From positions 1 to 31,951 of the IMG/VR virus record IMGVR_UViG_3300025387_000050: a stretch of DNA of 31,951 nucleotides. One strand, given 5' to 3'. The stretch is from a virus. Taxonomy: Duplodnaviria; Caudoviricetes. The notes under the pieces are model-generated. The model was given only the letters and a program-made list of their open reading frames with translations. It did not search any database and was not told where the DNA came from. A program made the position numbers and the translations under genes. Positions 15,584 through 25,850 of the stretch are shown in pieces (position 1 is the stretch's first letter; each line of letters starts with the position of its first letter).

Positions 15584-16036
15584 TTACTCCAATACTATCG
15601 AATATGTTTTTTCAAAAAAGTGCCCACCCAATCGCTCTACCAAGTGCCCATAATCGATATGAGGTTTCATGTGGAACAATATCCTTTGTGGCTTTCTTTT
15701 TTTAACTTCTTCCGTTGTCCATTTCACAAATTTATAGCCAAACATACCTTTTCGATAATCGGGATGGATATATAGAATGTCCGATGATGCCGTTACACTT
15801 TTCTTATAGTGCAAATGGTTCATCACCATCCATAAAGAATACCCAACCAACTTTCCATCATCCCGTGCCGTGTGGATTTCTAACATCCCTAAATCCATCA
15901 ATTTTTGATACTTTTCAAAATCGGGATCAAGTTCAATTACATCCGTTCTTTCCGCCAATTCCGCATAATGTTTTTCAAATAAATCAATCGCTTCGTTCGC
16001 AAACGGTTGGATTTGTTCTTTTTGAAAAGTAATCAT
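15584..16036 (-). CDS. GNAT-fold acetyltransferase-like protein
   Basis: TARDDGKLVGY...DILYIHPDYRKG..G motif A; occupies the P22 gp14 position. Confidence 0.75.
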   Translation of the reverse strand: MITFQKEQIQPFANEAIDLFEKHYAELAERTDVIELDPDFEKYQKLMDLGMLEIHTARDDGKLVGYSLWMVMNHLHYKKSVTASSDILYIHPDYRKGMFGYKFVKWTTEEVKKRKPQRILFHMKPHIDYGHLVERLGGHFFEKTYSIVLE

Positions 16037-16270
16037 TTAGATATTGTAATACGGCACCTTAAAATGTTGGCCATTTACCGTTATATTTATGAACCCCACG
16101 GGATTGGCCGGAAGCGTTGCCGATCCGGTTGTTGCCGTGGTTGATGAGGTGAAGTTCAACAAATTCAGAAAGAATTGTTGCCATGCCCTAGTTGGCCGAT
16201 TTGTTGTGCTATCCAAAAAAGGTGATTGCGGATAGGGTTGTAATTGCGATGTATTTGTTGTGATGCTCAA
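16037..16270 (-). CDS. Small tail protein (tail needle/plug position)
   Basis: Directly follows the gp10-like gene; synteny. Confidence 0.55.
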   Translation of the reverse strand: MSITTNTSQLQPYPQSPFLDSTTNRPTRAWQQFFLNLLNFTSSTTATTGSATLPANPVGFINITVNGQHFKVPYYNI

Positions 16271-18234
16271 TTTTCACCCCCGCTTGCCTTCAAATTAGCC
16301 GAAACGATAACCGCATTCACGGGATCGGTTATTGAAACTTCAAAAACCCTATCCCTAGCTTGCCCCAAACGCCGCCAAATGGCACGATTTTGGTATTTAC
16401 CGGCTTGGCCAATCGTAACCCAATGTTCTTTTGACCAAGTGGAACCACCATCATCAGACCATCTAAGCATGGCTTGGGGATAGGTTGTTGTGGTTGTTTG
16501 GTTAATAGCGTTTTGTGTGCCCAAATAAACCGTTGCCGTTGCCGGAATTGTGTAGGTTTGTGTAGGCAAAATGTAATAAGGCGATGCCAAGGTGATGGCC
16601 GTGGCTTGAACCGATAAACCCGTTGTTCCAACCCCTGGTTGAAATTGGATTTGCAATTCTTCAAAGTATTGCCTTTGGAAATCCGAAACCAAATGCGGTG
16701 CGCGTCTTATGCGCCTAATTGGATTTCCATCATCGGTGTAGTTGGTGTTATCCAATTCATATATCTTGCCGTTGGCGTAATCACCCACAAGCACCATGCT
16801 TTGGAAGACACATGAACAATTTCCACGGTGCCTTTGGTATTGGTTGAAGTCATTAACGTATAGCCATTTGTGCCACAAACCGGTTGTAACGTCAAAAGCC
16901 CAAGTGATGTTAATTGTAGGAAACGAAACAACATAAACTTCATGCCCTTCTAGCTGATACGTCCACGCGATCGCATCATCTATGTATTGGTTGGCCAATG
17001 TTGCTTCAACCGCGTGCGTTGAAATCCTTTGTGGAACATAACCTTGCATTTGCATAATTTGGCCTTGTCCACGCAAATTGCGTGAAACATAGGCAAAACT
17101 ATTGCCAAGGCGGGCCAAACTATTTTGGGAGGCAATGCCGTGTTGTGTTGAAGTTCCTGGAATTCTTTGGAATGGGAATGGAAACAATCCGGCATCTACC
17201 CAAACTTCACTAGATGCTTCACCCATCAAATACACTTCGCGGTGATCCACAATCAAAGCCACTAATTTATCGGGTGCGCCATCCTTAGAACCAACCGATA
17301 ATGGTTGTGAAATAGGGCTTAACGCATCGCTAGAACCCCATTGTTGGCTTTGGGGTCGTGAATAAACAAAGTAGTTATCCACAATATCAACCGATGTTGC
17401 GCCAATAAAAGGCCCATCATTGTTAGGCATAACCGTAAAATCTAGGGCATACATCGTTGTTGATGAAACCGCCGTGTTGCTAGATAGTGTGTAAACATTA
17501 TTGCCGCCGGTTGGTGTTCCAATCGCCGTGACAATCGTATCCGCCGGAACCGTTGAACCTTGGATGGTTTGGCCTAAATAAGCCGTTCCCGTGGTTGTTA
17601 GAGTGGCGTTGGTTGCGCCGGTTGTGATCGTTCCGGTAAAACTTGTTGTGTTCAACGAATTCATCAATGTGGATGCAACCGTTTGCGATAAGTTAACCGT
17701 CCACGATGATCCCGATCCACCGGTGATAACCGTTTCTTGGGAAACACCCACGCCATACAAAACTTGGCCAATAGCAATCGTTCCACTTTGTATGTTTGAA
17801 ACGGTTAAAGTGGTTCCGCTAATTGAACCGGTAAATATGGCCGTTGTGGGCGTTGTAATGCGCCATGAATAGCGATATGTGCCATCCACTATGTAGGCAT
17901 ACACGCCATCATCAACTAGCCCTACACGCCCGCTATTGCTATTTAAAATGCCAACAATATTGGGGGTTAGGTTGCTAGATAAAAGATAAACATAAGCACC
18001 GCAAACGGCGATAGCTTGGCTTCCGCCACTTAGGGTTCTAAGGCCACGAACTTCCGCACCGGCCGGTAAAACCAATTGCGTTGTAAGCCCTGGCGTTGGG
18101 TAAAGCGCCACAACACCGCGTTCGGGCGGTTGCTTGGTTGGATCAACTTCGGGGAAAAAGTTAATACACTCCTGCGCATCTTGATAAATGCTAGGTGCAA
18201 CATAACTAGCGCCGACAAACCCAAAATCAGGCAT
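16267..18234 (-). CDS. Tail hub / packaged-DNA stabilization protein (P22 gp10-like)
   Basis: LYPTPGL N-terminus; RWSDDGG.TWS and WRRLG..RDRVFE..ITDPV C-terminus. Confidence 0.85.
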   Translation of the reverse strand: MPDFGFVGASYVAPSIYQDAQECINFFPEVDPTKQPPERGVVALYPTPGLTTQLVLPAGAEVRGLRTLSGGSQAIAVCGAYVYLLSSNLTPNIVGILNSNSGRVGLVDDGVYAYIVDGTYRYSWRITTPTTAIFTGSISGTTLTVSNIQSGTIAIGQVLYGVGVSQETVITGGSGSSWTVNLSQTVASTLMNSLNTTSFTGTITTGATNATLTTTGTAYLGQTIQGSTVPADTIVTAIGTPTGGNNVYTLSSNTAVSSTTMYALDFTVMPNNDGPFIGATSVDIVDNYFVYSRPQSQQWGSSDALSPISQPLSVGSKDGAPDKLVALIVDHREVYLMGEASSEVWVDAGLFPFPFQRIPGTSTQHGIASQNSLARLGNSFAYVSRNLRGQGQIMQMQGYVPQRISTHAVEATLANQYIDDAIAWTYQLEGHEVYVVSFPTINITWAFDVTTGLWHKWLYVNDFNQYQRHRGNCSCVFQSMVLVGDYANGKIYELDNTNYTDDGNPIRRIRRAPHLVSDFQRQYFEELQIQFQPGVGTTGLSVQATAITLASPYYILPTQTYTIPATATVYLGTQNAINQTTTTTYPQAMLRWSDDGGSTWSKEHWVTIGQAGKYQNRAIWRRLGQARDRVFEVSITDPVNAVIVSANLKASGGEN

Positions 18235-18246
18235 TTTGTGTCCTTA

Positions 18247-19218
18247 TTAGCGGAAGAATCCACCCGAAAGAATCCAACCGGCATCACGTTGGCGTGAAGT
18301 TAGGATGGCATCTTGATAGGCGGAATTTTGAACGGGTTTCATGTTGGTGCGCTTAATGGTTGATTTGCCTTGTGCCGCAAATGCGTTAATCATTTGAATT
18401 TGCGTTGCGCTTGCCTTGCCATAGCTAGGCATCAAACGTTCGGCTAAACACCATTCCAATGCCATTTCGTAGCCTTGGGGAAGAATAATGGGATCGTTAA
18501 TAGTGACATAGTTGCTAAACAACGTATCGCAAAATAAGTGCATTTCACCTTGCGATGGGTTAGGCCAAACAAAAATGTTGCCCAATGGATCGCTAGGTTG
18601 GTAATAAACCGCTTTTGGCCAAGGGCCATTTAGCGTTTTCAAACCAATCATGTTGTAGTTTTCTAGGTTCAACACGGCAACGGGATAATCCAAACCACCA
18701 TTGATAATCGGTGTTCCGTTGCTATTGGTGTTAATCCTAACAAATGATGAATTGATGCTTAGTGGGCGTTGATAAAAAGCATTGATTGATGTTGATGCGG
18801 CCGTTTGGCTTATGTTCAACAAATAAGTGCCCAATTCGTTAACGTTTCCACCCGCGCCGGTTGCAAAGCCAACAATTTTGGTGCCGGTTGTGATGCCGGT
18901 TCCGCTTAATGTCATGCCCAACGCAATAGCGCCGCTAGTAATGGCCGTAACCGTTAACACATTGTTAACAATAGAACCGGTAAAGTTAGCCCCAATTTCC
19001 CCCCCTGGGCCAATGGTGTATTGCGTTTGTCCCGATGTGATGGGAAAAATGATTTCGGTTTTGTAATAAACCATCATTTGTTCGTTTGACCATTGATCGA
19101 TCATACGATTCATCATTACGAACGCATCTTGCGCCGCCGCCGGATCGGGCGTTTCCCCCGCCGCCAAAGCGCCGATATCTTTCAATGCGGAACTAATAAT
19201 ATCAATGGGGGCTGTCAT
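18247..19218 (-). CDS. Head-tail adaptor (P22 gp4-like) with internal insertion
   Basis: DIIS.AL..IG.LA.GETP....QDA...N.MID.W N-terminus; LP.GY..AL...LA.RL...YG C-terminus. Confidence 0.8.
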   Translation of the reverse strand: MTAPIDIISSALKDIGALAAGETPDPAAAQDAFVMMNRMIDQWSNEQMMVYYKTEIIFPITSGQTQYTIGPGGEIGANFTGSIVNNVLTVTAITSGAIALGMTLSGTGITTGTKIVGFATGAGGNVNELGTYLLNISQTAASTSINAFYQRPLSINSSFVRINTNSNGTPIINGGLDYPVAVLNLENYNMIGLKTLNGPWPKAVYYQPSDPLGNIFVWPNPSQGEMHLFCDTLFSNYVTINDPIILPQGYEMALEWCLAERLMPSYGKASATQIQMINAFAAQGKSTIKRTNMKPVQNSAYQDAILTSRQRDAGWILSGGFFR

Positions 19219-19227
19219 GCTTCTTCC

Positions 19228-19389
19228 TTATGCTGGAACCACAATATGCCCATCATCGGCGGGCTTTGGGGTTTGTTGTTCTTGCACTTGCTTTTGGATT
19301 TCATCCATTGTTTGCGCAATCAATTCTTGGTTGCGTTGAAGTGCAACAAAAATTGTATTGATTTGCGGAATGCTTAGTTCAATTTTCAT
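19228..19389 (-). CDS. 53-aa hypothetical (MKIELSIPQINTIFVALQRNQELIAQ...)
   Basis: Read manually. ATGA overlap with 19386..19682; fills the gap. Confidence 0.65.
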   Translation of the reverse strand: MKIELSIPQINTIFVALQRNQELIAQTMDEIQKQVQEQQTPKPADDGHIVVPA

Positions 19390-19682
19390 ACTTTAATTGT
19401 AAAAGTTTGTGGCAACCAAGGGGGCGTTACTTTTTGGGGTTGGCTTAATTGATTTGTTAACGCCAATTCTATTGAACTTACGCCGTCTTTCATAGATGCT
19501 TCTTTAATCCAACCAATAACCATTTCTTCGGTTACGTTGTTGAATGAAACATCACCACCTTCGGGAAAATGCCAATAGCCTTCCGTTTCAACCGTTTGAT
19601 CGCCATCAACATGGCTAACAAAGTATTTAGCGGATGTTATAACGCCATCTTTAGCGTGAATATCTGTTACTTGCCATTTCAT
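19386..19682 (-). CDS. Hypothetical tail-associated protein (98 aa)
   Basis: F..VTEE.VIGWI...PPW pattern typical of fibre-associated small proteins; inferred. Confidence 0.65.
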   Translation of the reverse strand: MKWQVTDIHAKDGVITSAKYFVSHVDGDQTVETEGYWHFPEGGDVSFNNVTEEMVIGWIKEASMKDGVSSIELALTNQLSQPQKVTPPWLPQTFTIKV

Positions 19683-19685
19683 GTT

Positions 19686-19910
19686 TTATCCAATAATTGC
19701 AGTTGATGTTTCACGATTAATTGTTAATGTGCCATCGCACACAATATTCCAATCTTCACTTTTAGAATCTTTTTCAGTTTGACAAGGAATATTAATTTTA
19801 ACGTTTTTAAATAAATATTCTTTTTCACCTTCAAAAACACGCCAACAATGATCCAAAGTTCCACGGCCTTCTTGACCCCTAGATTTATTGAATCTTATTG
19901 AATATTTCAT
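19686..19910 (-). CDS. Hypothetical protein (74 aa)
   Basis: ORF track; ATGA-coupled to the oxygenase gene. Confidence 0.7.
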   Translation of the reverse strand: MKYSIRFNKSRGQEGRGTLDHCWRVFEGEKEYLFKNVKINIPCQTEKDSKSEDWNIVCDGTLTINRETSTAIIG

Positions 19911-20611
19911 ATTATTTCAGCAGCAGGTAATACACAAGATATTTGTGGTGCCTGTTGAACTGTTAAATTGAAATGAACAAATTTGATTGGCTTTTCATTA
20001 GCGTGTCTAGTAAAGGAATGTGCCAACCAAGCATTTGAAAAAATCATCAAACCAGATTTTGGTTCAAAATTAATCATTTGACTTGCAGGTGTAGCCATAT
20101 TCATGTCTTGTTCGGGCAAACTGGATATGATTTTCCCTTGTCTTGGGTCGTGAAATACAACTCTTGACGAGTTTTCAGGAACTTCTACAAAGTAAAAACC
20201 AACAATTTGAGAACCAAATCCATGAACGTGTTGTTCCATAGCTGAATGTTTATGATGTTCTTGTGTCCACATTTCACTAAATGTAATCACTTTATCTTGC
20301 ATGGCATAACCTTGTTCAGACAAAATATTCCAAGCAGTTCCACCAACAAATTCAGCAAATGCTTTAATTCTAGGATCATCCGCAAAATTGCCAGACATCA
20401 TAACTGGATAAATTTCATCTAGCTGACGTTCAGCGTGTTGTTTAGCTAAAGATTCTTCAGAAACTAAATTAACAGATTCAATAAAATCAGGACGTTCAAT
20501 TAAATAAATTGGACATGGAAAGTGATAAGCAACTTGAAGTTGTGTGTTTTGAACAATTTCTTTTACTTGCTTTGCAGCTTTGCAAAATTTTTCATTTTTC
20601 ACTTTAGCCAT
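19907..20611 (-). CDS. 2OG-Fe(II) oxygenase-like protein (TIGR02466-type)
   Basis: FPCPIY, W.......MEQHVH (HxH), GFYF, FHDPR, P..G.MIF..WL.H and FNL motifs. Confidence 0.85.
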   Translation of the reverse strand: MAKVKNEKFCKAAKQVKEIVQNTQLQVAYHFPCPIYLIERPDFIESVNLVSEESLAKQHAERQLDEIYPVMMSGNFADDPRIKAFAEFVGGTAWNILSEQGYAMQDKVITFSEMWTQEHHKHSAMEQHVHGFGSQIVGFYFVEVPENSSRVVFHDPRQGKIISSLPEQDMNMATPASQMINFEPKSGLMIFSNAWLAHSFTRHANEKPIKFVHFNLTVQQAPQISCVLPAAEII

Positions 20612-20620
20612 GTTAGTTCC

Positions 20621-21133
20621 TTATGTTGTGGGCGTAGATGGCACAACAACCCAAACCCACGCAAAAAAATCAAATGTATATTGATTTCCATCATTGGGAT
20701 AGGGAGGAGTGTCTTTCCAATTACTTTCAGCACCGCACCAATATGTATAAATTTTTTGATCCAATTTAGTTTGGTCTTTTTCAGGTCTAGGAATTGGAGG
20801 CAAATAAGCGCAAGTTGCATCATCAAATGTCCACGCAGACCAATTTGATGCTTGAAATCTTTCAGACCATGCGGTTTTTATTTTTTGTTGCTTTGCTGAT
20901 TTTTCATCAGCAGTCATATCACGAATAGACCATACATCAGTCCAAACATTATTTACTTTGGAATATGTTGGGGTATTACTATCTAAAACTTGATATATTC
21001 CTAAAGTTGCGTTTGGAACTCTTACAAAAGGTTCCCAATCATTAGGTATTAAACCAAACGCCGCTACTAAATTATCATCATAAGCAGGATGATTTATTGG
21101 TTGCCCGTTTTCAATTTGAATATAAAGCGCCAT
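20621..21133 (-). CDS. Probable tail-fibre assembly/accessory protein (MALYIQIENGQPINHP...)
   Basis: Start at ATG 21133 (TAATG overlap); SAWTFD...C.Y.PPIPRP and PPYPNDGN.Y.F...W motifs. Confidence 0.6.
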   Translation of the reverse strand: MALYIQIENGQPINHPAYDDNLVAAFGLIPNDWEPFVRVPNATLGIYQVLDSNTPTYSKVNNVWTDVWSIRDMTADEKSAKQQKIKTAWSERFQASNWSAWTFDDATCAYLPPIPRPEKDQTKLDQKIYTYWCGAESNWKDTPPYPNDGNQYTFDFFAWVWVVVPSTPTT

Positions 21134-21939
21134 TATGGTGTTCCTACGCAAGTTGATGGGAATTGACGAGTGTTGCCAGGCCAAACAATACGAACTGCGC
21201 CATTAAATCCAACGCCATTATGATTACATTGGTTGCCACCACCGCCACCGCCATAATAACCCCCTGAACCAGCACAATAAGCATAACCATTAGAACCTGC
21301 ACTTCCCCCAGAACCAGCGCCACCACCATATGATACTGATGAATTTGATACGCCACCAGAACCAGAAGAACCTTGACCATACAAACCAACGCCACCACCG
21401 CCACCGCCGCTTTGAACATTAATGCAACCACAAAGAGGTAAATTGCTCCAAGCGCCGCCACCACCAGCGCCACCAGTTCCGGCATATCCATTATGATGGC
21501 CAGAATAACCGCCATTACCACCAGCGCCACTATAACCGCCAGCGCCGCCGCCGCCGCCATAGCATCCACCATTACCACCTAAATAATAAGCAGTTCCAAC
21601 ATTTCTGGAACAACATCCTGATACATTTTGATTGCCGGCAGTTAAAACAGAAGTGCTAATAAAAGTGCTTCGTTTTGTACCAGGTGTTCCGGAACCCGCA
21701 ATAACAGTATAAGAATTACCAGGGACAACTGTATAGTTATTCAAATAAGCCAAATTACCACCAGCGCTACCATGAGCGCCACAAGAACCACCGCCAACTG
21801 CAACAACAGAAACTTTTGTAACACCAGCAGGTGCAACCCATGTGTATGTTCCAGCGCCGCAACTTCCGTATGTCACAGAACCTGGAGGGGACCCAAAACT
21901 TCTTTGATTTTGAAAAACAGCAACAGTTGCGCCACTCAT
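21133..21939 (-). CDS. Glycine-rich tail-tip/adhesin protein with 10 cysteines
   Basis: GTYTWVAPAGVTKVSVVAVGGG...GAVRIVWPG framing of poly-Gly repeats; start at ATG 21939 (ATGA overlap). Confidence 0.75.
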   Translation of the reverse strand: MSGATVAVFQNQRSFGSPPGSVTYGSCGAGTYTWVAPAGVTKVSVVAVGGGSCGAHGSAGGNLAYLNNYTVVPGNSYTVIAGSGTPGTKRSTFISTSVLTAGNQNVSGCCSRNVGTAYYLGGNGGCYGGGGGAGGYSGAGGNGGYSGHHNGYAGTGGAGGGGAWSNLPLCGCINVQSGGGGGGVGLYGQGSSGSGGVSNSSVSYGGGAGSGGSAGSNGYAYCAGSGGYYGGGGGGNQCNHNGVGFNGAVRIVWPGNTRQFPSTCVGTP

Positions 21940-22667
21940 GTCAAACCACTCCCTGAAATTAACCAAGTTGTTGATGTCATTTTTACTGCTGTAGCCGATC
22001 CATATTGAGCTAAAGATCGTGATCCAGTTGTACCGGCACTTGACAAATACATTGTGTCAGTATTGATTGCAATTGTCACAACTTGTGAAGTCATATTAAT
22101 AAACGTTAAAGTTGTTCCAACAGGATAGGCAACGCTTGAGTTAGCAGGTATTGTGAATGTTCTAGCGTTTCCATCTGTTGATGGATGGAAAATAACTTTA
22201 CCGGCATCTGATAAAACCGCGGTGTATGCCGTAGATTGGCTATTAACTGGGATATTGATATAACCAACACCATTTGTGCCATCAACGGTGCAATTACTTA
22301 AATTTCCACTTGTAGGTGTTCCCAAAATAGGCGTTGTAAAAGATGGGCTTGTAGCTAATGCAACAACAGTTCCTGATCCGGTTGTCGAATAAGATGTTCC
22401 CCAAGCGCTTCCGGTGCTATTAGCTATTCCGGCACTTGGATATGTTTGTGCTGAAATGCTTGACCATGTTCCATCACCACGCAAATATGTTGAACTTGAT
22501 GGTGTTCCGGTTGCGGATAACATGGTAACGGTAACCGTTCCTGTATCACCGGTTGTAACCATTGTTCCGGTAACGGCGGGAACGGTGATGGTTAGTGATG
22601 ATGCGGTGTTTGTTCCACTTAGGGCAATTTGACCGCCCGATGTTGCCGAAAAGACTAATTGGCCCAT
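21936..22667 (-). CDS. Tail fibre protein (243 aa)
   Basis: Ser/Thr/Gly-rich; TYLRGDGTW, PILGTP.SG.L.NC and TTWLISG.GLT motifs. Confidence 0.75.
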   Translation of the reverse strand: MGQLVFSATSGGQIALSGTNTASSLTITVPAVTGTMVTTGDTGTVTVTMLSATGTPSSSTYLRGDGTWSSISAQTYPSAGIANSTGSAWGTSYSTTGSGTVVALATSPSFTTPILGTPTSGNLSNCTVDGTNGVGYINIPVNSQSTAYTAVLSDAGKVIFHPSTDGNARTFTIPANSSVAYPVGTTLTFINMTSQVVTIAINTDTMYLSSAGTTGSRSLAQYGSATAVKMTSTTWLISGSGLT

Positions 22668-22676
22668 GTTTTCCCC

Positions 22677-25079
22677 TTATGGTGCTATATAAATAGCGCT
22701 TACATATAACGCACCGGTTGATGGATTATATTTTAGCTTAGTTGATGATGTTGTTGCGGCATTATTTCCGCTTGAATTGCTTACGAAAACCGGATAATAC
22801 GTTGCGTTGGTGCTTGTGTTATCGGTGATGGCAATGTTGGTTGCGTTGGTTGCGGTTGTGGCCGTTGTTGCCGTGCTTGCGTTGCCGGTTAACGCACCCA
22901 CAAAAGTGGTTGATGTAACCGATGTTAATCCGGCAATCGTTGTGGCCGTTCCGCCCAAACTAATGGCGGTTGATCCAACGGTTACGCTTGAATTGGTTAA
23001 AGCACTATTGGGAATTGATGTTAAACCGGCACCCGATCCACTAAATTGCGTTGCCGTAATAATTCCCGTGCTAGGGTTAAATTGTAGCTTTGTTGAACTT
23101 GTGTATTCGGTTGAAACCGATCCACTTGTGGCACTTGTAAACGTTAAATAACGGGTTGCATTTGTGGTTGTATCATCACTAATTGAAATCGATCCACTAA
23201 CGCTTTGCCATGTTGGGGCCGATGATCCATTAGAAGTTAGAACTTGACCACTTGTTCCGGCGGATGTTATCCCTAATGCGCTTCCACTAGAATAAACCGC
23301 ACCACCGGCAACGGCGGTTAAATTAGCGTTTGTGCCGCCATAACCAAGGCCAACAACGTTACCGTTCCATGTGCCGTTTGTATAAGAACCAGCCCAATTC
23401 AACGTGTTAGTCGACCAGCTTGCGTTGCTAGGCGTCGAATTATGGTAATCCCACGACCCTGCTGCTGTTGAGTTGCTCAACAAAACAACTGTAATGTAAG
23501 AGCCTGATTGAACCGTGATAACCGTAGTGGACGAATTGTTTTGAATAACAATCGTGCCGCTAGATTGGTTATTGTTAAACGTAAACGTAGCGCCATTGGG
23601 CAGCGTAGTTGCATCAGGCAGTTTAATCGTCTGACCGCCAGAGCCTGTAATGGCCCAATTCTGAACAGAAGAAGCTGTCAACGTAATCAATGTGCTAGCA
23701 GCTTGGCTTGTGTAGCCCTCAAACAAGCAATTAGTAGTGATGTTGCCGTTTCCATCACGCAAAACAACCGAATTAGCACCACTTGATGCGATTACACCGG
23801 TTCCACCACTGGCAACATTCAATGTTCCGGCAAGCGTAACCGCCCCCGTTGTGCCGGTTGATGGCGTAAATCCCGTGGTTCCCGCACTAAATGTGCTTAC
23901 AAAATTACCACTTAACGCCGATGTTGGAATTGTGGTTGATGCGCTAACCGCACTTGATCCGTTGCCATAAAGATAGCCGGTTAAGCCACTTGTAACCAAT
24001 GTTGAAAGCGTTGCCGATCCACCCGTGATTGAAACGGAATTGGCATTTTGCGTTGACATTGTGCCCAAACCGGTAATATCCGTGTTCGGGATAGTGGTTG
24101 TGGCCGTAAAAGCACTTGTTCCGTTGCCTTTAACATATCCGGTTAGCGTTGTTGCACCGGTTCCGCCATTCGCGGGGGCAATAGTGGTTCCGTTCCATGT
24201 TCCAACCGTAATTGTTCCAACGCCGGTAATTCCGGTGTATGAACCACTAATTAGGCTAGTTGAAATGGTTCCACTTGTGATTTGGCTTGCGGCAATCGCA
24301 ATGTTTTGTTGGCTTGCGCTAGTGATTTGGCCTTGCGCATTCACCGCCAAAGTAACAGATTGGCTTGCCGAACCATAGGTTGCGGCCGTTACACCGGTGT
24401 TTGTGATGCTAAATGTGTTGCCGGTTAAACTTAGGCCGGTTCCGTTGTAATAGGTTCCATTTCCACTAAATTGAACCCAAGGAACGGCCGTTGTTCCTAA
24501 CGTTCCGCTAGATGATGCCGTGCAAACCCATCCGGTGTTAGCTTGGCCACCATTCAAAAGAACCGTGTAAGCACCGGAAAATTCAGACCAAACGTTCATG
24601 TCACTAGAACGTGCCCATGCGCTTGCCGATGCTATGTAAATTCCGTTTTGTGATGATGTGGTTTGATTTTTAACCAAAACACGATCACCGGCTAATGTTG
24701 TGTAGCCATCAATTGTTTGCAATCCGCTTAACGTGATGTTTGCGGTTGTTGCCACTTGGCACGCCGCTTTGGGGCCTAGCCCTTGTGCAACCGTGTCAAC
24801 ATAATATTTGTTTGCAATATCGGTGCTATTCGCCGGTGTTGTTGTAATTGTTCCGGTTGTAGTGGTGATATTGGTAAAAACGCCGGTTGATGGCGTTGTA
24901 GCACCAATCGGTGAAGAATCTAAGGTGCTATTGGTGATCGTTAATCCGCTTAGGATCGGATTGATCGGAACGGTGAATGCCTGGCCCTGCCCAATGAACG
25001 TTTGAAAATTACCGTAAACATCAAAATATGCTTGAACGGGTAATATATTTTGGTCAATGGTTTTTGCAGGGCCAGCCAT
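22677..25079 (-). CDS. Long tail fibre protein (800 aa)
   Basis: Thr/Ser/Gly-rich; ATTANITLSGLQTIDG...GDRVLVKNQT..QNGIY domain; repeated GTWNG/GGTG and TSSTKL..NPSTG units. Confidence 0.8.
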   Translation of the reverse strand: MAGPAKTIDQNILPVQAYFDVYGNFQTFIGQGQAFTVPINPILSGLTITNSTLDSSPIGATTPSTGVFTNITTTTGTITTTPANSTDIANKYYVDTVAQGLGPKAACQVATTANITLSGLQTIDGYTTLAGDRVLVKNQTTSSQNGIYIASASAWARSSDMNVWSEFSGAYTVLLNGGQANTGWVCTASSSGTLGTTAVPWVQFSGNGTYYNGTGLSLTGNTFSITNTGVTAATYGSASQSVTLAVNAQGQITSASQQNIAIAASQITSGTISTSLISGSYTGITGVGTITVGTWNGTTIAPANGGTGATTLTGYVKGNGTSAFTATTTIPNTDITGLGTMSTQNANSVSITGGSATLSTLVTSGLTGYLYGNGSSAVSASTTIPTSALSGNFVSTFSAGTTGFTPSTGTTGAVTLAGTLNVASGGTGVIASSGANSVVLRDGNGNITTNCLFEGYTSQAASTLITLTASSVQNWAITGSGGQTIKLPDATTLPNGATFTFNNNQSSGTIVIQNNSSTTVITVQSGSYITVVLLSNSTAAGSWDYHNSTPSNASWSTNTLNWAGSYTNGTWNGNVVGLGYGGTNANLTAVAGGAVYSSGSALGITSAGTSGQVLTSNGSSAPTWQSVSGSISISDDTTTNATRYLTFTSATSGSVSTEYTSSTKLQFNPSTGIITATQFSGSGAGLTSIPNSALTNSSVTVGSTAISLGGTATTIAGLTSVTSTTFVGALTGNASTATTATTATNATNIAITDNTSTNATYYPVFVSNSSGNNAATTSSTKLKYNPSTGALYVSAIYIAP

Positions 25080-25088
25080 AACTTTCCT

Positions 25089-25436
25089 TTAGCTTTGATC
25101 GCCAACCGGTGTTACATAAAGTAAACCGGCGGTGCCACTATTGCTTATCGCCGTCATGTAAAACGGCGCGGCGGGCGTAGCAAGAATCAATGGTGAGGTC
25201 ATACCGGCTGGTAAAACATAATCACCATTTGTCCCATCCGTTGGGAACGTTGGTGCGGGGCAAGGCGATGCGTTAGAAAACTTAATCGCCATAGGTGCCG
25301 CACCGGTGTTCAAAAAGGATGCGTAGTTGATTTGGTCATTCGTGTATCCGGCAATCAACGTGCTTGAATGCGCGGTGCTTGTAACGGATAAAGCAACGGT
25401 TTGACCACTATTGCGTTGAACGGTTGATCCGGCCAT
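25089..25436 (-). CDS. Hypothetical structural protein (115 aa)
   Basis: ORF track; beta-rich; lies between head and fibre genes. Confidence 0.65.
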   Translation of the reverse strand: MAGSTVQRNSGQTVALSVTSTAHSSTLIAGYTNDQINYASFLNTGAAPMAIKFSNASPCPAPTFPTDGTNGDYVLPAGMTSPLILATPAAPFYMTAISNSGTAGLLYVTPVGDQS

Positions 25437-25438
25437 GA

Positions 25439-25765
25439 TTATGCGGCATTAGTTGGTAGAACGGTGCCTTCCAAACGATCAACACCCAATGTGTAAACAC
25501 CGGATGCGGGCGTTGCGGATGAACCCGTGCTATTTGTAAACTGAATTGACAATGTGTTAGCGGCAGAAACCCAAACGTTTGCAATGCCAACACCGGTTGT
25601 TTGCGCACCTTGCAATGAAATATTTACGAAATCATTAACCACAAGGCCAGGAATCGTAAATGTTTGTGTTGCTTGTGAACCGGAAACCGCTGCGGGTGTC
25701 AAAGTAGGGTAAACAAGGAAAGAATTGAGGATATTACCTCTAAGGATCGTAGTTTGTAATGACAT
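25439..25765 (-). CDS. Hypothetical structural protein (108 aa)
   Basis: AAGGAG RBS; beta-rich. Confidence 0.7.
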   Translation of the reverse strand: MSLQTTILRGNILNSFLVYPTLTPAAVSGSQATQTFTIPGLVVNDFVNISLQGAQTTGVGIANVWVSAANTLSIQFTNSTGSSATPASGVYTLGVDRLEGTVLPTNAA

Positions 25766-25800
25766 AAAAACTCCTTTGCGTTGATTGTATCTTGAAAAAT

Positions 25801-25831
25801 AAAAAAAGCCACCCGTTTTGTGGATGGCTTT
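25801..25831 (-). terminator. Rho-independent terminator after the capsid genes
   Basis: Minus strand AAAGCCATCC-ACAAAAC-GGGTGGC-TTTTTTT. Confidence 0.8.
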
Positions 25832-25850
25832 CCCCTTATTTACTCACAAA

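Noticed and set aside
14834-15775. 313-aa plus-strand ORF
   Set aside because: Antisense shadow of the Ala/Gly-rich ejection gene; its codons give few stops on the opposite strand.
10000-19200. DarT-type TNTC avoidance or simple palindromic restriction-site avoidance as the cause of the k-mer bias
   Set aside because: TTTC, TATC, GATC, CCGG, TGCA and CATG are all frequent.
21144-21578. 144-aa Val/Ala-rich alternative-frame ORF
   Set aside because: By-product of GGT/GGC glycine repeats read in another frame.
21133-25079. Diversity-generating retroelement acting on tail fibres
   Set aside because: No reverse transcriptase and no adenine-mismatched repeat pair seen in the window.
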